Source: Eledone cirrhosa
Lineage: Eukaryota
Direction: 5' to 3'
Length of the DNA: 64,000 bases
Assembly: GCA_964016885.1 (NCBI GenBank)
Contig: OZ024740.1
Span: 73,346,001-73,410,000 of the forward strand
The notes below the pieces were generated by a model, which saw nothing but the letters and a program-made list of their open reading frames with translations, ran no database searches and was not told where the DNA came from. Below, piece after piece: positions 1 to 13,342 of the stretch. The translations under genes were made by a program, and so were the position numbers. Positions within the stretch are counted from its first letter, which is position 1; every line of letters begins with the position of its first letter.

Positions 1-5
1 GTATA

Positions 6-343
<338 letters not shown>

Positions 344-488
344 AAATGTTATGAAACGAAAGGAGCTGTGTGGTTACTAAAAACAAGGTTTAGGATGGTG
401 GTTAGGACGGAACAGGAGGAGAAAGAAAGAAAGGAGTTTCCATCGTCAGCTGTAAATGTATCCCGAACCGATGTTTCGGCGCTGAATA

Positions 489-823
<335 letters not shown>

Positions 824-989
824 AAAGAGTGAGAGGGGGAGGACAGAGAGGAGGAGGAAGGAGAGAGAGAAGGGGGGAGAGATGGAGAAAAAGAGAGGGA
901 GAGAGAGTGTGAGACAAAGCGTTGGAGAAGAAACTGGAAACAAAACAAAAGAAGCAACAATTATAAGACAATAGTAATATCAACAATGA

Positions 990-1205
990 CGCCAATGGTG
1001 ATGATGATGATGATGATGGTGGTGTTGGTGATGATGGTGATGATGGTGATGGTGATGATGATAATGATGATGATGATGGTGATGATGGTGATGATGGTGA
1101 TGCTGCTACTGCTGCCACAGCTGATGGTGATGATGATGGTGATGATGGTGATGGTGGTGGTGAAGGTGATGATAGTGATGGTGATGGTAGTGTTGTTGCT
1201 GCTAC

Positions 1206-1258
<53 letters not shown>

Positions 1259-1360
1259 GTGATGATGATGGTGGTGGCGGCGGCGGCGGTGGTGGTGGTG
1301 GTGGAAGTGGTGGTGGTGGCGGTGGCAGTGGTGGTAATGGCGACGACGGTGATGATGATT
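990..1360. repeat. Compound (GAT/GGT)n trinucleotide microsatellite
   Basis: Direct sequence. Confidence 0.95.
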
Positions 1361-1919
1361 TTTATCACCAGCCAGAGGGCGACACAACGTTTAATGTCAA
1401 CAATTGTAGTTTTAAGTCATAAGAAAACAATAACTCACTGATTGTGTCTCTCTCTGTGTGTGGAAAAACAGTCGACTGTACATTATAGAGGAAAGAGAAG
1501 AAAGAAGAGAAAAGAGATAAGAGAGACAGCAGAGGCAGGGGTAGGGGGAGAAAGAAGAGGAATAGTAAGATGGAGTGAAGAGTGAGGAGGGGAGATAATC
1601 GATTAGAACGGTGTAAAACGTTGGTCCAACAGCGACCAGCGTTTGTTTATAGTATTGTCTCTAATGTTTTCTTGGCGTTCGTTCTGATCAAAGCCGACGT
1701 GCAGACACTACTAATATTAGACTGCAATACAAAAACTAAGCAACATCAATCAACGCAGACTGTTGTGATTGTATGATGTTGTGTGGTTCTCTGTGATTTT
1801 CTGTGATTTTCTCTGATTTTCTCTGATTTTGTGTGGTTTTGTGTGGTTTTCTATGCGTTTGTATAATTTTTGTAATTTTGTAATTTTTCATACAGCCAGC
1901 GAACAACACACATGATGGC

Positions 1920-3752
1920 TAGGTAGGTATCTAGGTAGGTAAGTAGGTAGGTAGGTAGGTAGGTATCTAGGTAGGTAAGTAGGTAGGTAGGTAGGTAGGT
2001 AGGTAGGTAGGTAGGTAGGTAGGTAGGTAGGTAGGTAGGTAGGTACGTAGGTGGGTGGGTAGGTAGGTAGGTAGGTAGGTATATAGGTAGGTAGGTAGGT
2101 AGGTAGGTAGGTAGGTAGGTAGGTAGGTAGGTAGGTAGGTAGATAGGTAGGTAGGTGGGTAGGTGGGTAGGTAGGTAAGTAGGTAGGTAGGAAGGTAGGT
2201 AGGTAGGTAGGTAGGTAGGTAGGTGGGTATGTAGGTAGGTAGGTAGGTAGGTAGGTAGGTAGGTAGGTAGGTAGGTAGGTAGGTAGGTGGGTAGGTAGGT
2301 AGGTGGGTAGGTAGGTAGGTAGGTAGGTGGGTAGGTAGGTAGGTAAGAAGGTAGGTAGGTAGGTAGGTAGGTAGGTAAGTAAGTAGGCAGATAGTTGGGT
2401 AGGTAGGTAGGTAGGTAGGGGGGTGGGTAGGTAGGTAGGTAGGTAGGTAGGTAGGTAGGTAGGTAGGTAGGTAGGTGGGTAGGTAGGTAAGTAGGTAGGT
2501 AGGTAGGTGGGTAGGTAGGTAGGTGGGTAGGTGGGTAGGTAGGTAAGTAGGTAGGTAGGAAGGTAGGTAGGTAGGTAGGTAGGTAGGTAGGTAGGTGGGT
2601 AGGTAGGTAGGTAGGTAGGTAGGTAGGTAGGTAGGTAGGTAGGTGGGTAGGTAGGTAGGTGGGTAGGTGGGTAGGTAGGTAGGTAGGTAGGTGGGTAGGT
2701 AGGTAAGTAGGTAGGTAGGTAGGTTAGTAGGTAGGTAGGTAGGTAGGTAGGTGGGTGGGTAGGTAGGTAGGTAGGTGGGTGGGTAGGTAGGTAGGTAGGT
2801 AGGTAGGTAGGTAGGTAGGTAGGTAGGTGGGTAGGTAGGTAAGTAGGTAGGTAGGTAGGTGGGTAGGTAGGTAGGTGGGTAGGTAGGTAGGTAGCTAGGT
2901 AGGTGGGTAGGTAGGTAGGTAGGTAGGTAGGTAGGTAGGTAGGTAAGTAGGTAGGTAGGTAGGTAGGTAGGTAGGTAGGTGGGTAGGTAGGTAGGTAGGT
3001 AGGTGGGTAGGTAGGTAGGTAGGTAGGTAAGTAGGTAGGTAGGTAGGTAGGTAGGTAGGTAAGTAAGTAGGCAGATAGGTGGGTAGGTAGGTAGGTAGGT
3101 AGGTGGGTGGGTAGGTAGGTAGGTAGGTAGGTAGGCGAGTAGGTAGGTAGGTGGGTAGGTAGGTAGGTAGGTAGGTAGGTAGGTAGGTAGGTGGGTAGGT
3201 GGGTAGGTAGGTAGGTAGCTAGGTAGGTGGGTAGGTAGGTAGGTAGGTAGGTAGGTAGGTAGGTAAGTAGGTAGGTCGGTAGGTAGGTAGGTAGGTGGGT
3301 AGGTAGGTAGGTAGCTAGGTAGGTGGGTAGGTAAGTAGGTAGGTAGGTAGGTAAGTAGGTAGGTAGGTAGGTAGGTAGGTAGGTAGGTAGGTAGGTAGGT
3401 AGGTAAGTAAGTAGGCAGATAGGTGGGTAGGTAGGTAGGTAGGTAGGTAGGTAGGTAGGTAGGTAGGTAGGTAGGTAGGTAGATAGGTAGGTAGGTAGGT
3501 AGGTAGGTAGGTAGGTGGCTAGGTAGGTAGATATGTAGGTAGGTAGGTAGGTAGGTAGGTAGGTAGGTAGGTAGGTAGGTAGGTAGGCAGATAGGTGGGT
3601 AGGTAGGTGGGTAGGTAGGTAGGTAGGTAGGTAGGTAGGTAGGTGGGTAGGTAGGTAGGTAGGTAGGTAGGTAGGTAGGTAGGTAGGTAGGTAGGTAGGT
3701 AGGTAGGTAGGTAGGTAGGTAGGCGAGTAAGTAGGTAGGTAGGTATGTAAGT
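1920..3752. repeat. ~1.8 kb (TAGG)n/(CCTA)n tetranucleotide array with recurrent variants
   Basis: Direct sequence; source of the 601-aa YLPT ORF. Confidence 0.98.
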
Positions 3753-3812
3753 AGATAGATATAGATATACATAGAGAGAGAAGGGGTAGCTAGCTAGCTA
3801 GATAAATAGATA

Positions 3813-6800
3813 TGTTTCTTTTATTTGCCACCAGGGCATCAAAAGTGGGACAAGAACAATGGGGGGAGTTTACAAAACAAGGCGTCCTCAATAAGGAGGA
3901 GGCAATAACAATATATAAAAATAAAATAAAATATAACAAAAAATAAAATTTATAACAAAGTCCTCAATGGAGAGGAGGCGCCTTGGGGGGTCGCACACGC
4001 CCCCGAAAAAAGTGTGCAACCCTTCTCCTCAGGAGCACAGAGAAGGGGTGCTCCCTTGGTCTTTCATCTTCCTCACCTATAGTCTGATGTAGAGTGAAGG
4101 CCCATTCACACGGGCCATTCTCGCCACTTTCACCCATCTTTCATAGAAACGGCTGGGGTGCAACACCTCTCTCTCCATCCTGATCCTTCTTCCGAAATGA
4201 TATCGGAAGAAACGGACCAGTTGTTGGCCAGAGAGAAAGGTGCCTGACCTCAGTCCTTTCAGACGCGTCCACCATACAACCTCTTTCGCCATGGCTATTA
4301 CGCACAGAAACACCGCCTCTGCTTCATCTTTGAAGGGGGGAGGCGGCTTGATCATTACAATAGACTCGGTGGTCAACCGGATCGGTCCCACCCTTGACAG
4401 CAGTTGTTCGACATAGCCCCACAGATCGGCTACGCCCGAGCAGTGTACCAATGCGTGTGCAACGGTTTCCTCGTCGCACACGCATCTGGGACAGATCTTT
4501 TTGGCGGGGTCCCTCCCCGGGCGCCCGTGTCTGTAGAGCCTTTCTCGAACGGTAAAGCTCCTCGGTAGCACTGCCAGGCCAGGGACTTCTGGAAGTTGTC
4601 CATAGGTCCCGGGCTGAATGTCCTACCGAACAGGCCGGCCAGTTCGTCCTCCTCCATGTCTAGGGCTTCTCCGAGGGCGTCGTCGCACCTGCTGCGTACC
4701 AGCCCTCTATAGAATGTTGCGGTGGAGTCTCCACTGATAACCGGATCCGCCTGTCAGAGGGCGGTGAGCGCCTGGGCACACTCAGTGTGCCAGGCGCCCA
4801 GTTTTCTCGGTCTTTGCTTGACCCAGGATTGCAGCTCGGTGAGTGAGACGAGTCTGGGAAAGGTTCGTCTCACAAACGAGGCCCACACCGGTTGTCTGGT
4901 GAGGAATACGTAGAGGTGCCGTAGCCTTAATGCGTGTTTACGCATCATTAGCCACGGCATCCCCAGCCCTCCTTTCGAAGGGTGTTGACAGCAGATGGAT
5001 CTCCTCACCATAGGAGCCCGCCTCTTCCAAAGGAATTGGAAGAGCGCGCGCTCCATCTTGGTGAGGGTTTCCCTTGGGCAGGGCACTACGGTCAGGCGGT
5101 AGTAGATGACGGACGCTATGTAGGTGTTCGCCACCTCCGCCCGACCTTTCAGGGATAGTTTGCAACTGGCCCACTTCTGGGTCAGTGCAAACACCCTGTT
5201 CGTAACCTCCGCCCAGTTTTTCTCCACCTGGAGGTCCGGTCCGAACCAGACCCCGAGCAACTTCACCGGGCCCTCCGTCCAGCGTCCGACGACGCCATCG
5301 GAGGGCATCGGTCTGCCCCTCCACGTGCCGAATTGCAAACCGATCGACTTGTCCCGGTTCAGCTTAGCCCCTGTGAACTTTTCGTACTCCTCCAGTAAGG
5401 TGCCGACCGCCTCGATTTCGGAGGCCGTCGACACCATTACTGTCACGTCATCGGCGTAGGCCGACACCGCTTTCCGCAATCCCGGTTCCAAAGGGATGCC
5501 CTGCAACAACTCCAACTTCCGCAGTAGTGGCTCGAGAGTCAACACATACAGAAGGGAGGAGAGAGGGCACCCTTGTCGGATGGACCGCGCGATTTTGAAC
5601 GGCTCCGAGAGGTAGCCGTTCACCTTGACCCTAGAGCAGATGCGGCTGCTGTGCATAGCAGTGATCCAGCCCCTGAAAACGGGTCCGAAGCCTGCCGCCG
5701 CTAGCACCGCATCCAGGTAACCATGGTCGACCCTATCGAACGCCTTAGATTGATCCAAGTTGATCAGAGCCCCACCAAAGCCGGGTTCGTTCCCAACCCT
5801 CTCTATGATGTATCGCATGAGGTGGAGGTTGTCATGGATGGACCTGGACGGGATAGCGCATGTCTGCGCATCACCCACCAGGTTGCCCACGACAAGCGCC
5901 AACCTCTTTGCTAGCACCTTGGCCAAAATCTGTAACTCTGTGTTTAGCAGAGTTATGGGCCTGAAGTTACTTATTTCGTCCCCCTTGTTCTCGTCCTTCC
6001 TCACTAGCGTGACTACGCCCTTGGTCACAGTACAGGGAATTCTCCCGTTCTGTTGCCAGTTGCAGTAGACCGCCTCGAGGAGATCGGGGAACAAGTCCGG
6101 CATAGCTAGATATAATTCGTAAGGAAGACCATCGAGACCCGGGGATTTGCGTTTGCCGCATTGGCTCAGCACGTCCTCTATCTCAGCGGCCGAAATCGGC
6201 TCCTCGCAGGACTTCGCCTCCCTGTCCGAGAGGCGCGGCAGGCCGTCGAGGTATGGACCGAAGTCCACGTTCCCAACCGGCTCCCCGCCCCTCCCGAACA
6301 GTCGGGAAAAGTGCCTTTGAAAGGCCTCACACATCTGCTTAGGCTCAAGAATCGCCCGTCCATCCAGGTCTCGCAAAGACCGGATGGTGGATTTAGTTCC
6401 ACTGTTGGCCTCTGTCACGCGGGCCCAGCTAACAGCTTTGGTCCCCTCGTTCCCTAGAGCACGTATTTTACTTCGGACAACGCAGCCTTCGTGCTTCGCG
6501 TCGAAAAACTGGCTCAAAGCCGTTCTCGACGCTAGCACTCTGGCCACGTCGCCGCTTCTAATTGCCTCTTCTACTCTATCTATTAGCTCCCTTTCCTTCC
6601 TATTCCTATCCGCAGCTAGAACCTTACTAAATTCTATCGAGACTACTCTAATCTCTCTCTTTAGAGATACCCACCACCTGCTGTTGACGATCGCTCCAGT
6701 CAACCGTTCCTTAACTAACGTACTAATCCGATTCCTGTAGGCTCTACTTGCCGGCAAGGACAAGTTGAGCTTCCAGTAACCGGGGCCCTGTCTATGAGTT

Positions 6801-7768
6801 CTGTCAAGTTTGACCATGCAGGTCACTAATTTGTGGTCTGAATAGCCAACCATGCGCATTTTTGGACAACTTAAAAAGTCCTTATCCTTAATTCTAACTA
6901 AGAACCTATCTAGGTACGACCTAGATGATCCGCTACGATTTGCCCAAGTCCAGGTTGGCGCAGTCGGAAAATCTAGTCGATATCTATCGGCCAGGTCAAA
7001 TCGACCGATTAACCCTTTGAGGCTATTACACCCCTCTCTATCGGGGCAGGCCCCTACGTAGTCCCAGCGTGCATCTAGGATACCATTCCAGTCCCCCACT
7101 AATAGCAAGGAGCGGGACGTCCCTAGAAAAGTCTCCAGACGATGGAAGAAGTCCGGCCGCATTGACCCGAAAGGGCCGTAGGCGGCTACCAACCTAAACG
7201 CTCCGCCTTTACCACTGCCAAGGTCCAGAACCACTAGTCGACCCTCCGGGTCCAAATGTACCATCTGTGTTGCGAGACCCAGATGTTTTTGCAGCAGAAC
7301 GACAACTCCACCCCCACCTCCGGGCTGACAGAGAGATGCGTTCATCTCAAAGTCATCAAAGGCGGGGGCCAGCTGTCGCACGTTGCTGATCCGGGCCTCG
7401 CAAATAACCATCACATCTATACGTTGTGACCTGAGGTCATTTAGAAGCATTGCTTGCTTCCAAGTTGAGCCCAGGCCACGCGCATTTAAACAGCCTACTC
7501 TTAGCATAGCCATGTTGGTGGTGAAGAGAAAAGGCACTTACCTCTCTGCGTCCCGGGTATCGGGCTGCACAATTTCCATTAGGGTGGGGGATGGGTTGTT
7601 GGGTGGGGTGGTGGTTTGTGGAAGTGTGGGGGCATCAGTGTGTTGTGTGGTTGGGGAGCTTGGAGTTGTGTGGGTGTTTGGGGAGGGGGTGGGATAGTTT
7701 TTTAGGAGGACGCGGTTAATGGGCCCGACGCAGGGGGGACCCACGTCCTCTTTAAAATTGTTTTTTAA
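3813..7768 (-). mobile_element. Tx1/L1-clade non-LTR retrotransposon, 5'-truncated within ORF1, with 17-bp target site duplication
   Basis: ORF2 has APE (LNARG, GDWN, SYLDR, SDHK), RT (KSPGLDG, DQSKAFDRV, RQGCPLS, YADD) and a C-terminal CPRC...H...C motif; AATAAA near the 3' end; agctagataaatagata at 3796-3812 and 7769-7785. Confidence 0.93.
4077..7513 (-). pseudogene. LINE ORF2 (APE endonuclease-reverse transcriptase-zinc motif) with one premature TGA (4754-4756) and one frameshift (~4550)
   Basis: ORF 4430-4657 is in the same frame as the 927-aa ORF, past the stop; 4077-4571 is the shifted C-terminus; all pieces are collinear with the paralogue at 35044-38416. Confidence 0.9.
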
Positions 7769-8269
7769 AGCTAGATAAATAGATAGATAGATAGATAGAT
7801 AGATAGATTGATCGATAGATAGATTGATTGATAGATAGACATGTTTATGTATGCATAACACACTCAAACATAAACACATACATGTTTGCACATATATGTA
7901 TAAACATATAAATATACATGGCATATATATGTATGTTCGTATGTAAGTAAATATATATATATGTGTGTATGTATATATAACAGGCAATACAATTAAATAT
8001 GATAAATTAGGACAACTAATAAACCAAAATAGGACAGCAATAACAACAATAACAACAATAACACGGATAAAACAAATAAAAACTAAAAAACAAATAAAGA
8101 CACACGCAAAAAATGCTGACGTAAGACGTTTGGCTTTCGGAGAAAAACTAGAAACTCTAATTAAATTTAAAATAAATGGAATTGAAGCAATTTTCGTTGA
8201 CCAGAGAACAGAAGTCTAGTCTACTTTATCCGGCGTTGTTAGAAAACAACAATGAATATAATAAATTAA

Positions 8270-9050
8270 GGCAACATATATAGCAACCATAGACCAAAAT
8301 AGAACAACTACCATAGCAACCATAGATCAAAATAGGACAACTAACATAACAACAATAGACTGAAATAGGACAACTAGCATAGCAGCGATAGACCGAAATA
8401 GGACAACCAACATAGCAACGATAGACCGAAATAAGACAACTACCATAGCAGCGATAGACCGAAATAGGACAACTAACAGCAACAATAGACTGAAATAGGA
8501 CAACTAGCATAGCAGCGATAGACCGAAATAGGACAACCAACATAGCAACGATAGACCGAAATAGGACAACCAACATAGCAACGATAGACCGAAATAGGAC
8601 AACTAACATAGCAACGATAGACTGAAATAGGATAACATAGTAACAATAGACTGAAATAGAACAACTACCATAGCAGCGATAGACCGAAATAGGACAACTA
8701 ACAGCAACGATAGACCGAAATAAGACAACTACCATAGCAGCGATAGACCGAAATAGGACAACTAACAGCAACAATAGACTGAAATAGGACAACTACCATA
8801 GCAGCGATAGACCGAAATAGGACAACTAACAGCAACGATAGACCGAAATAAGACAACTACCATAGCAGCGATAGACCGAAATAGGACAACTAACAGCAAC
8901 GATAGACCGAAATAAGACAACTACCATAGCAGCGATAGACCGAAATAGGACAACTAACATAGCAACGATAGACTGAAATAGGATAACATAGTAACAATAG
9001 ACTGAAATAGGACAACATAGCAACAATAGACTGAAATAGAACAACTACCA
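8270..9050. repeat. Minisatellite, ~33-bp unit (catagcaacgatagaccgaaataggacaaccaa) with 29/31-bp variants
   Basis: gaccgaaata recurs at 8521 and 8554; bracketed by ~95-bp diverged direct repeats at ~8145-8240 and ~9279-9372. Confidence 0.93.
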
Positions 9051-9747
9051 AACCGGTTCAACAAAAATACTATAAAATAGAACAACTAATACAGCAAAAT
9101 AAATTAAAATGGGGCGACACCCACTAGGACAACAACAACAATAACAATAGTTACAATAACAACAACAATAGCAACAACATTAGCCATAGTTACAAGAACA
9201 ACAACAATAAAATAAACAGCTCCTATACTGTCATAGAGACACAGAATAATAAAATAATAGAGACAGAGGAAAAGTAGAAAACTAGAAACTCTAATGAGAT
9301 CTTAAATAAGTGGAATTGGAGCAGTTTTCTTTGACCGGAGAACTGAAATCTAGTCCACTTTATCCGGGGTTATTTTTAATGGGAATGGGTCAGCCATTTT
9401 AACTTCTTGTTCATCTAATGTTTATCTTTCTTATTCTCTCTGTCTTGTTCTCTCCCTCTCTATCTATCTCTCTCTCACTCTCTCCCTCTCTCTCCCTCTC
9501 TCCTTCTCTCTCTCTATCTCTCTCTGCCTCCCTCTCACTGCCTCCTTCTCTCTCTCTCGCACTCTCCCTCTCTCCGTCCACTAATAGTCTTCCTCCAACC
9601 CATCCTTACACTACCTTTCGATGCTTCACCATCCCCACACTGGGGTTTTTTGGGTTTTTTTACATGATTACAGTTATTGTACACTTTCTTACCTACCATC
9701 TCCTCTGAATGGGGGAATGGAGGAGGAGGGGAGGGGGGGGGGGGGGA

Positions 9748-9937
9748 GAAGAAGAAGAAGAAGAAGAAGAAGAAGAAGAAGAAGAAGAAGAAGAAGAAGA
9801 AGAAGAAGAAGAAGATATTTCTACTAAGCTTGTAGTTGGTCTTACAGTGATTTTAGTTTTCTTCTTCTTCTTCTTCTTCTTCTTCTTCTTCTTCTTCTTC
9901 TTCTTCTTCTTCTTCTTCTTCTTCTTCTTCTTCTTCA
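9748..9937. repeat. (GAA)n and (TTC)n tracts facing each other across a ~45-bp spacer
   Basis: Direct sequence. Confidence 0.95.
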
Positions 9938-10215
9938 CCTCTCCTCCTCCGCAAAGTAGCCATATTGTCCCATCTTACTATATCCCTGCAACTAATCTGA
10001 AACTTCCTGTCCCAGAACAACAATACATCGTCGTTGTTATCATGGTTAACGTGATCATTATCGTGGGACCGTCATCATAATAATAATAGAGGTGACGATA
10101 ACGATGGTGAAGATGATGATGATGATGATGATGATGATGAGGATGATGATGGTGGTGGTGGTGGTGGTGGTGGTGGTGGTGGTGGTGGTGGTGGTGGTGG
10201 TGGTGGTGGTGATGT

Positions 10216-10254
<39 letters not shown>

Positions 10255-10258
<4 letters not shown>

Positions 10259-11135
10259 TCATTGTGTAAGGAGTGAAAGGAGAACGCTTTCAGAATGTTT
10301 GGTAAACAGTGACGAAGAGTTGTTGCAATATACAGCAGAAGCTATGGGTATAAATGCAATAGAAATGGTTGTAAAGGGAGAGTTTAACAAAAGAGGCGAA
10401 GAGAAAAAAAGGATCTTCTAGGAATGAGAATGCATGGTCAATTTGAAAGAAATACACAGGGTGTCAAGGATAAAACAACATCGTGAACATGGTTTAAGCA
10501 AGGCGATTGGAAACGTGCCACTCAAAGCCTTGTATTTGCAGCGCAAGACCAATCTACAAAGCTTCTGACACCCACTTGGTAAGTGAATGTGAGAGCCTTG
10601 CGCAAAAAGAGTACAAGCGCCGCCATGATAAAGTCTGCCTGTACCTTCATTGACGTTTGTGTCATAAATACCAATACAAAGTCATAGGGAATTGTAAAGT
10701 AATGGAGGAGGGTGAGAAAGCAACGGTATTCTGGAATTATGGTTTTTAAACTGATAGAATAATTAAGCATCACCGAGCAGATATTGTCGTATTAACAAGA
10801 AAGACAAATACTGTCAGATAATCGGGGTGGTCATACCAAATGACATGAATATTGCGAGTAAGGAGATTGTAAATATCACCAAGTACTCAGAATTGAAAGT
10901 GGAGTTGGCAGGATTATTTAGAATGCAAGAGGGTAATGTGAAAGTGATACCAGTTGTTATCGGGGCAGTAGGGTCAATCTCAATGAAACTTCAAAACTTT
11001 TAAAAGCGACTGGGAATACCATACATGTTAGGTGTCATAACAAATGGCGGCTTTGCTAGGTACTGCGCACAATATGAGGAAAGTATTATCTATCTGAGGG
11101 ACTTGTTGTGAATTGACAGATGACTAAATAACCCA
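10255..11135 (+). mobile_element. Degenerate 3' part of an R4/Dong-like non-LTR element (restriction-like endonuclease domain)
   Basis: Broken-frame translation gives HRADIVV..NKKDKYCQIIGVVIPND..KEIVNITKYSELKVEL..VKVIPVVIGAVGSI, resembling the PD-(D/E)xK RLE C-terminus. Confidence 0.7.
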
Positions 11136-11229
11136 GTGGATTATCCATCTGCACTGGGTGACAAAGCGGTAATAATACCACTTAGCTCCAATGGGGGAAA
11201 TGGTACAAGCTTCTGTGACACTGCTCTGG

Positions 11230-11467
11230 CCAGGAAACTAAGCCATCTATTTTATATGGATGACCTAAAACTATATGGTAAAGACAATGATGAGCTGGAA
11301 GGCCTTTTACGCACTGTGAAAGCATTAAATGATGACATCGGGATAGAGTTTGAGCTTGGTAAGTATACTAAGGATACTTTCAAGAAAGAGAAGTTGATAA
11401 ACTCAAATTCAGTCGAATCGGATGTTGAAACATTTACAAAAGAACTTAAGCCTATAAATACCTACGT
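11230..11467 (+). mobile_element. RT fragment of an R4/Dong-like element
   Basis: LSHLFYMDDLKLYGK...DDIGIEFELGK. Confidence 0.75.
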
Positions 11468-11667
11468 NNNNNNNNNNNNNNNNNNNNNNNNNNNNNNNNN
11501 NNNNNNNNNNNNNNNNNNNNNNNNNNNNNNNNNNNNNNNNNNNNNNNNNNNNNNNNNNNNNNNNNNNNNNNNNNNNNNNNNNNNNNNNNNNNNNNNNNNN
11601 NNNNNNNNNNNNNNNNNNNNNNNNNNNNNNNNNNNNNNNNNNNNNNNNNNNNNNNNNNNNNNNNNNN
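11468..11667. other. Assembly gap (200 N)
   Basis: Direct sequence. Confidence 1.
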
Positions 11668-11674
11668 CTCTATC

Positions 11675-12783
11675 ATAACTTTGACTTTAAAAAAGCCTTT
11701 GGCTATGTTTGGCATAAGGGTTTGTTGTAGATGATGAATGATTGACAGTAACCTCATTGAAGTAATCAAAGTACTATATGACAATTCAAACAGTGCAATT
11801 CTCCTGAATAACAACACTGGAGAATTCTTCAGAACAACAGTGGAAGTTTGACAAGGATGTCTCTTTTCTCCAGTGCTTTTCAACATCTTCCTGGAAAACA
11901 TCATGCGAGAGACTCTCCAAGACTTCCACACCTCAGTTTCCATTGGAGGATGGCCCATTTCTAACCTGTGATTTGCTGATGACACTGAACTGTTAGGAAG
12001 CAATGAAGCAGAACTCCAGGAGCTCACTTCCAGACTGAAAAAAGGATCAGGAGCATATGGAATGGAAATCAACTCAGAAAAGAGCAAGATTCTGGTTAAC
12101 AGTAATAATCATTATACAGTAAACAACATCATACTGAATGGAGGAAGACTTCAAGAAGTGGACACTTTCAAGTACCTAAGATCCACTCTGATCAAAGATG
12201 GCATATCTGAAAAGGAGATACTGACAAGTCTCGCCCTGGTTACTTCTGCCATGGTAAAGCTGAATGTCATATGGAGAGGCAACTCCATCAGTTTTCCAAC
12301 GAAGCTCAAACTGTACAAGTCTTTGGTGACTTCGATCCTTTTGCATAGGTGTGAGAGTTGGACTCTCATAGCTGACATGGAATGAAGAATCCAGTCATTT
12401 GAGCACAAGTGCTTCAGAAGAATGCTATACATCCAATACACGGAGCACAAAACAAACAGCTTTGTGAGGCACCAAGTTAACAAATATCTTGGCAGACAGG
12501 AACCACTCCTTGCGATAGTGAAAAGACGGAAGCTTGCCTGGTATAGTCATATATCTTGCCACAACTTCTTGTCCAATACCATCTTTCGTGACACAGTCAA
12601 GGGATGGCGAAGAAAAGGCAGACAAAGAAAATCCTGGTCTGACAACATCAAAGACTGAACTGGTTACAACACGGAAACCCTTCTGCGCATGATGGAGAAT
12701 AGAGACGGATGGCGTCTAGAGTAGCACTCCAACGACTGACAGCACCAGCTCCAGTAACCAGATGATGATGATGATGATGATGA
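11675..12783 (+). mobile_element. 3' fragment of an RTE-like LINE with (GAT)n tail
   Basis: DFKKAF..QGCLFSPVLFNIFLE..FADD..VDTFKYL..ESWTL..RRKGRQRKSWSDNIK with stops; ends in gatgatgat. Confidence 0.85.
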
Positions 12784-12800
12784 TATATATATATATATAT

Positions 12801-13252
12801 ACAATATATTAATAAATGGAAACTATATTTATAAAACCATATTTAGTTTATTATATATATTTCAAAGGCAACCAAGGCAAATTATGGTGCGCTTTCATCA
12901 GATAAAATACAGATTTGTTTTATAAATAAATATTGACATACCCGGAAAAAAAACAACCTTAACGGTTGGAGCTTCCTGGATAGTGGAAGCTCCAACCGTT
13001 AAGGTTGTTTTATATTCCGGGTATGTCAATATTTATTTATAAAACAAATCTGTATTTTATCTGATGAAAGCGCACCATAATTTGCCTTGGTTGCCTTTGA
13101 AATATATATAATAAACTAAATATGGTTTTATAAATATAGTTTCCATTTATTAATATATTGTGTATTTACTCCACTAACTTGTTGAGTGCTTTATATCAGT
13201 TATAAAAATGTTTAAGCTTGTTGAATCCCAACAAATTAAATATAACCTCTGC
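12801..13252 (+). mobile_element. Near-perfect ~360-bp palindromic cassette (12801-13161) plus unique tail, carrying an HHR; family also at 31767-31935 and 40712-41140
   Basis: Arms of ~175 bp around an 8-nt apex at ~12981; flanked by TA repeats. Confidence 0.85.
13056..13115 (+). ncRNA. Type I hammerhead ribozyme motif (mirror copy on minus at ~12848-12907)
   Basis: TTTAT-CTGATGA-AAGCGCACC...GGTTGCCTTT-GAAA-TATATA-TA-ATAAA. Confidence 0.75.
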
Positions 13253-13262
13253 ATATATATAG

Positions 13263-13334
<72 letters not shown>

Positions 13335-13342
<8 letters not shown>

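Noticed and set aside
1967-3772. 601-aa YLPT-repeat ORF
   Set aside because: Translation of the (CCTA)n microsatellite; no coding evidence
4754-4756. In-frame TGA in LINE ORF2 as selenocysteine or readthrough
   Set aside because: The paralogue has a sense codon there and a frameshift follows; simple decay is more likely
4938-7697. Antisense and alternative-frame ORFs over the LINEs (also 33856-38304)
   Set aside because: Shadows of GC-rich ORF1/ORF2 coding sequence
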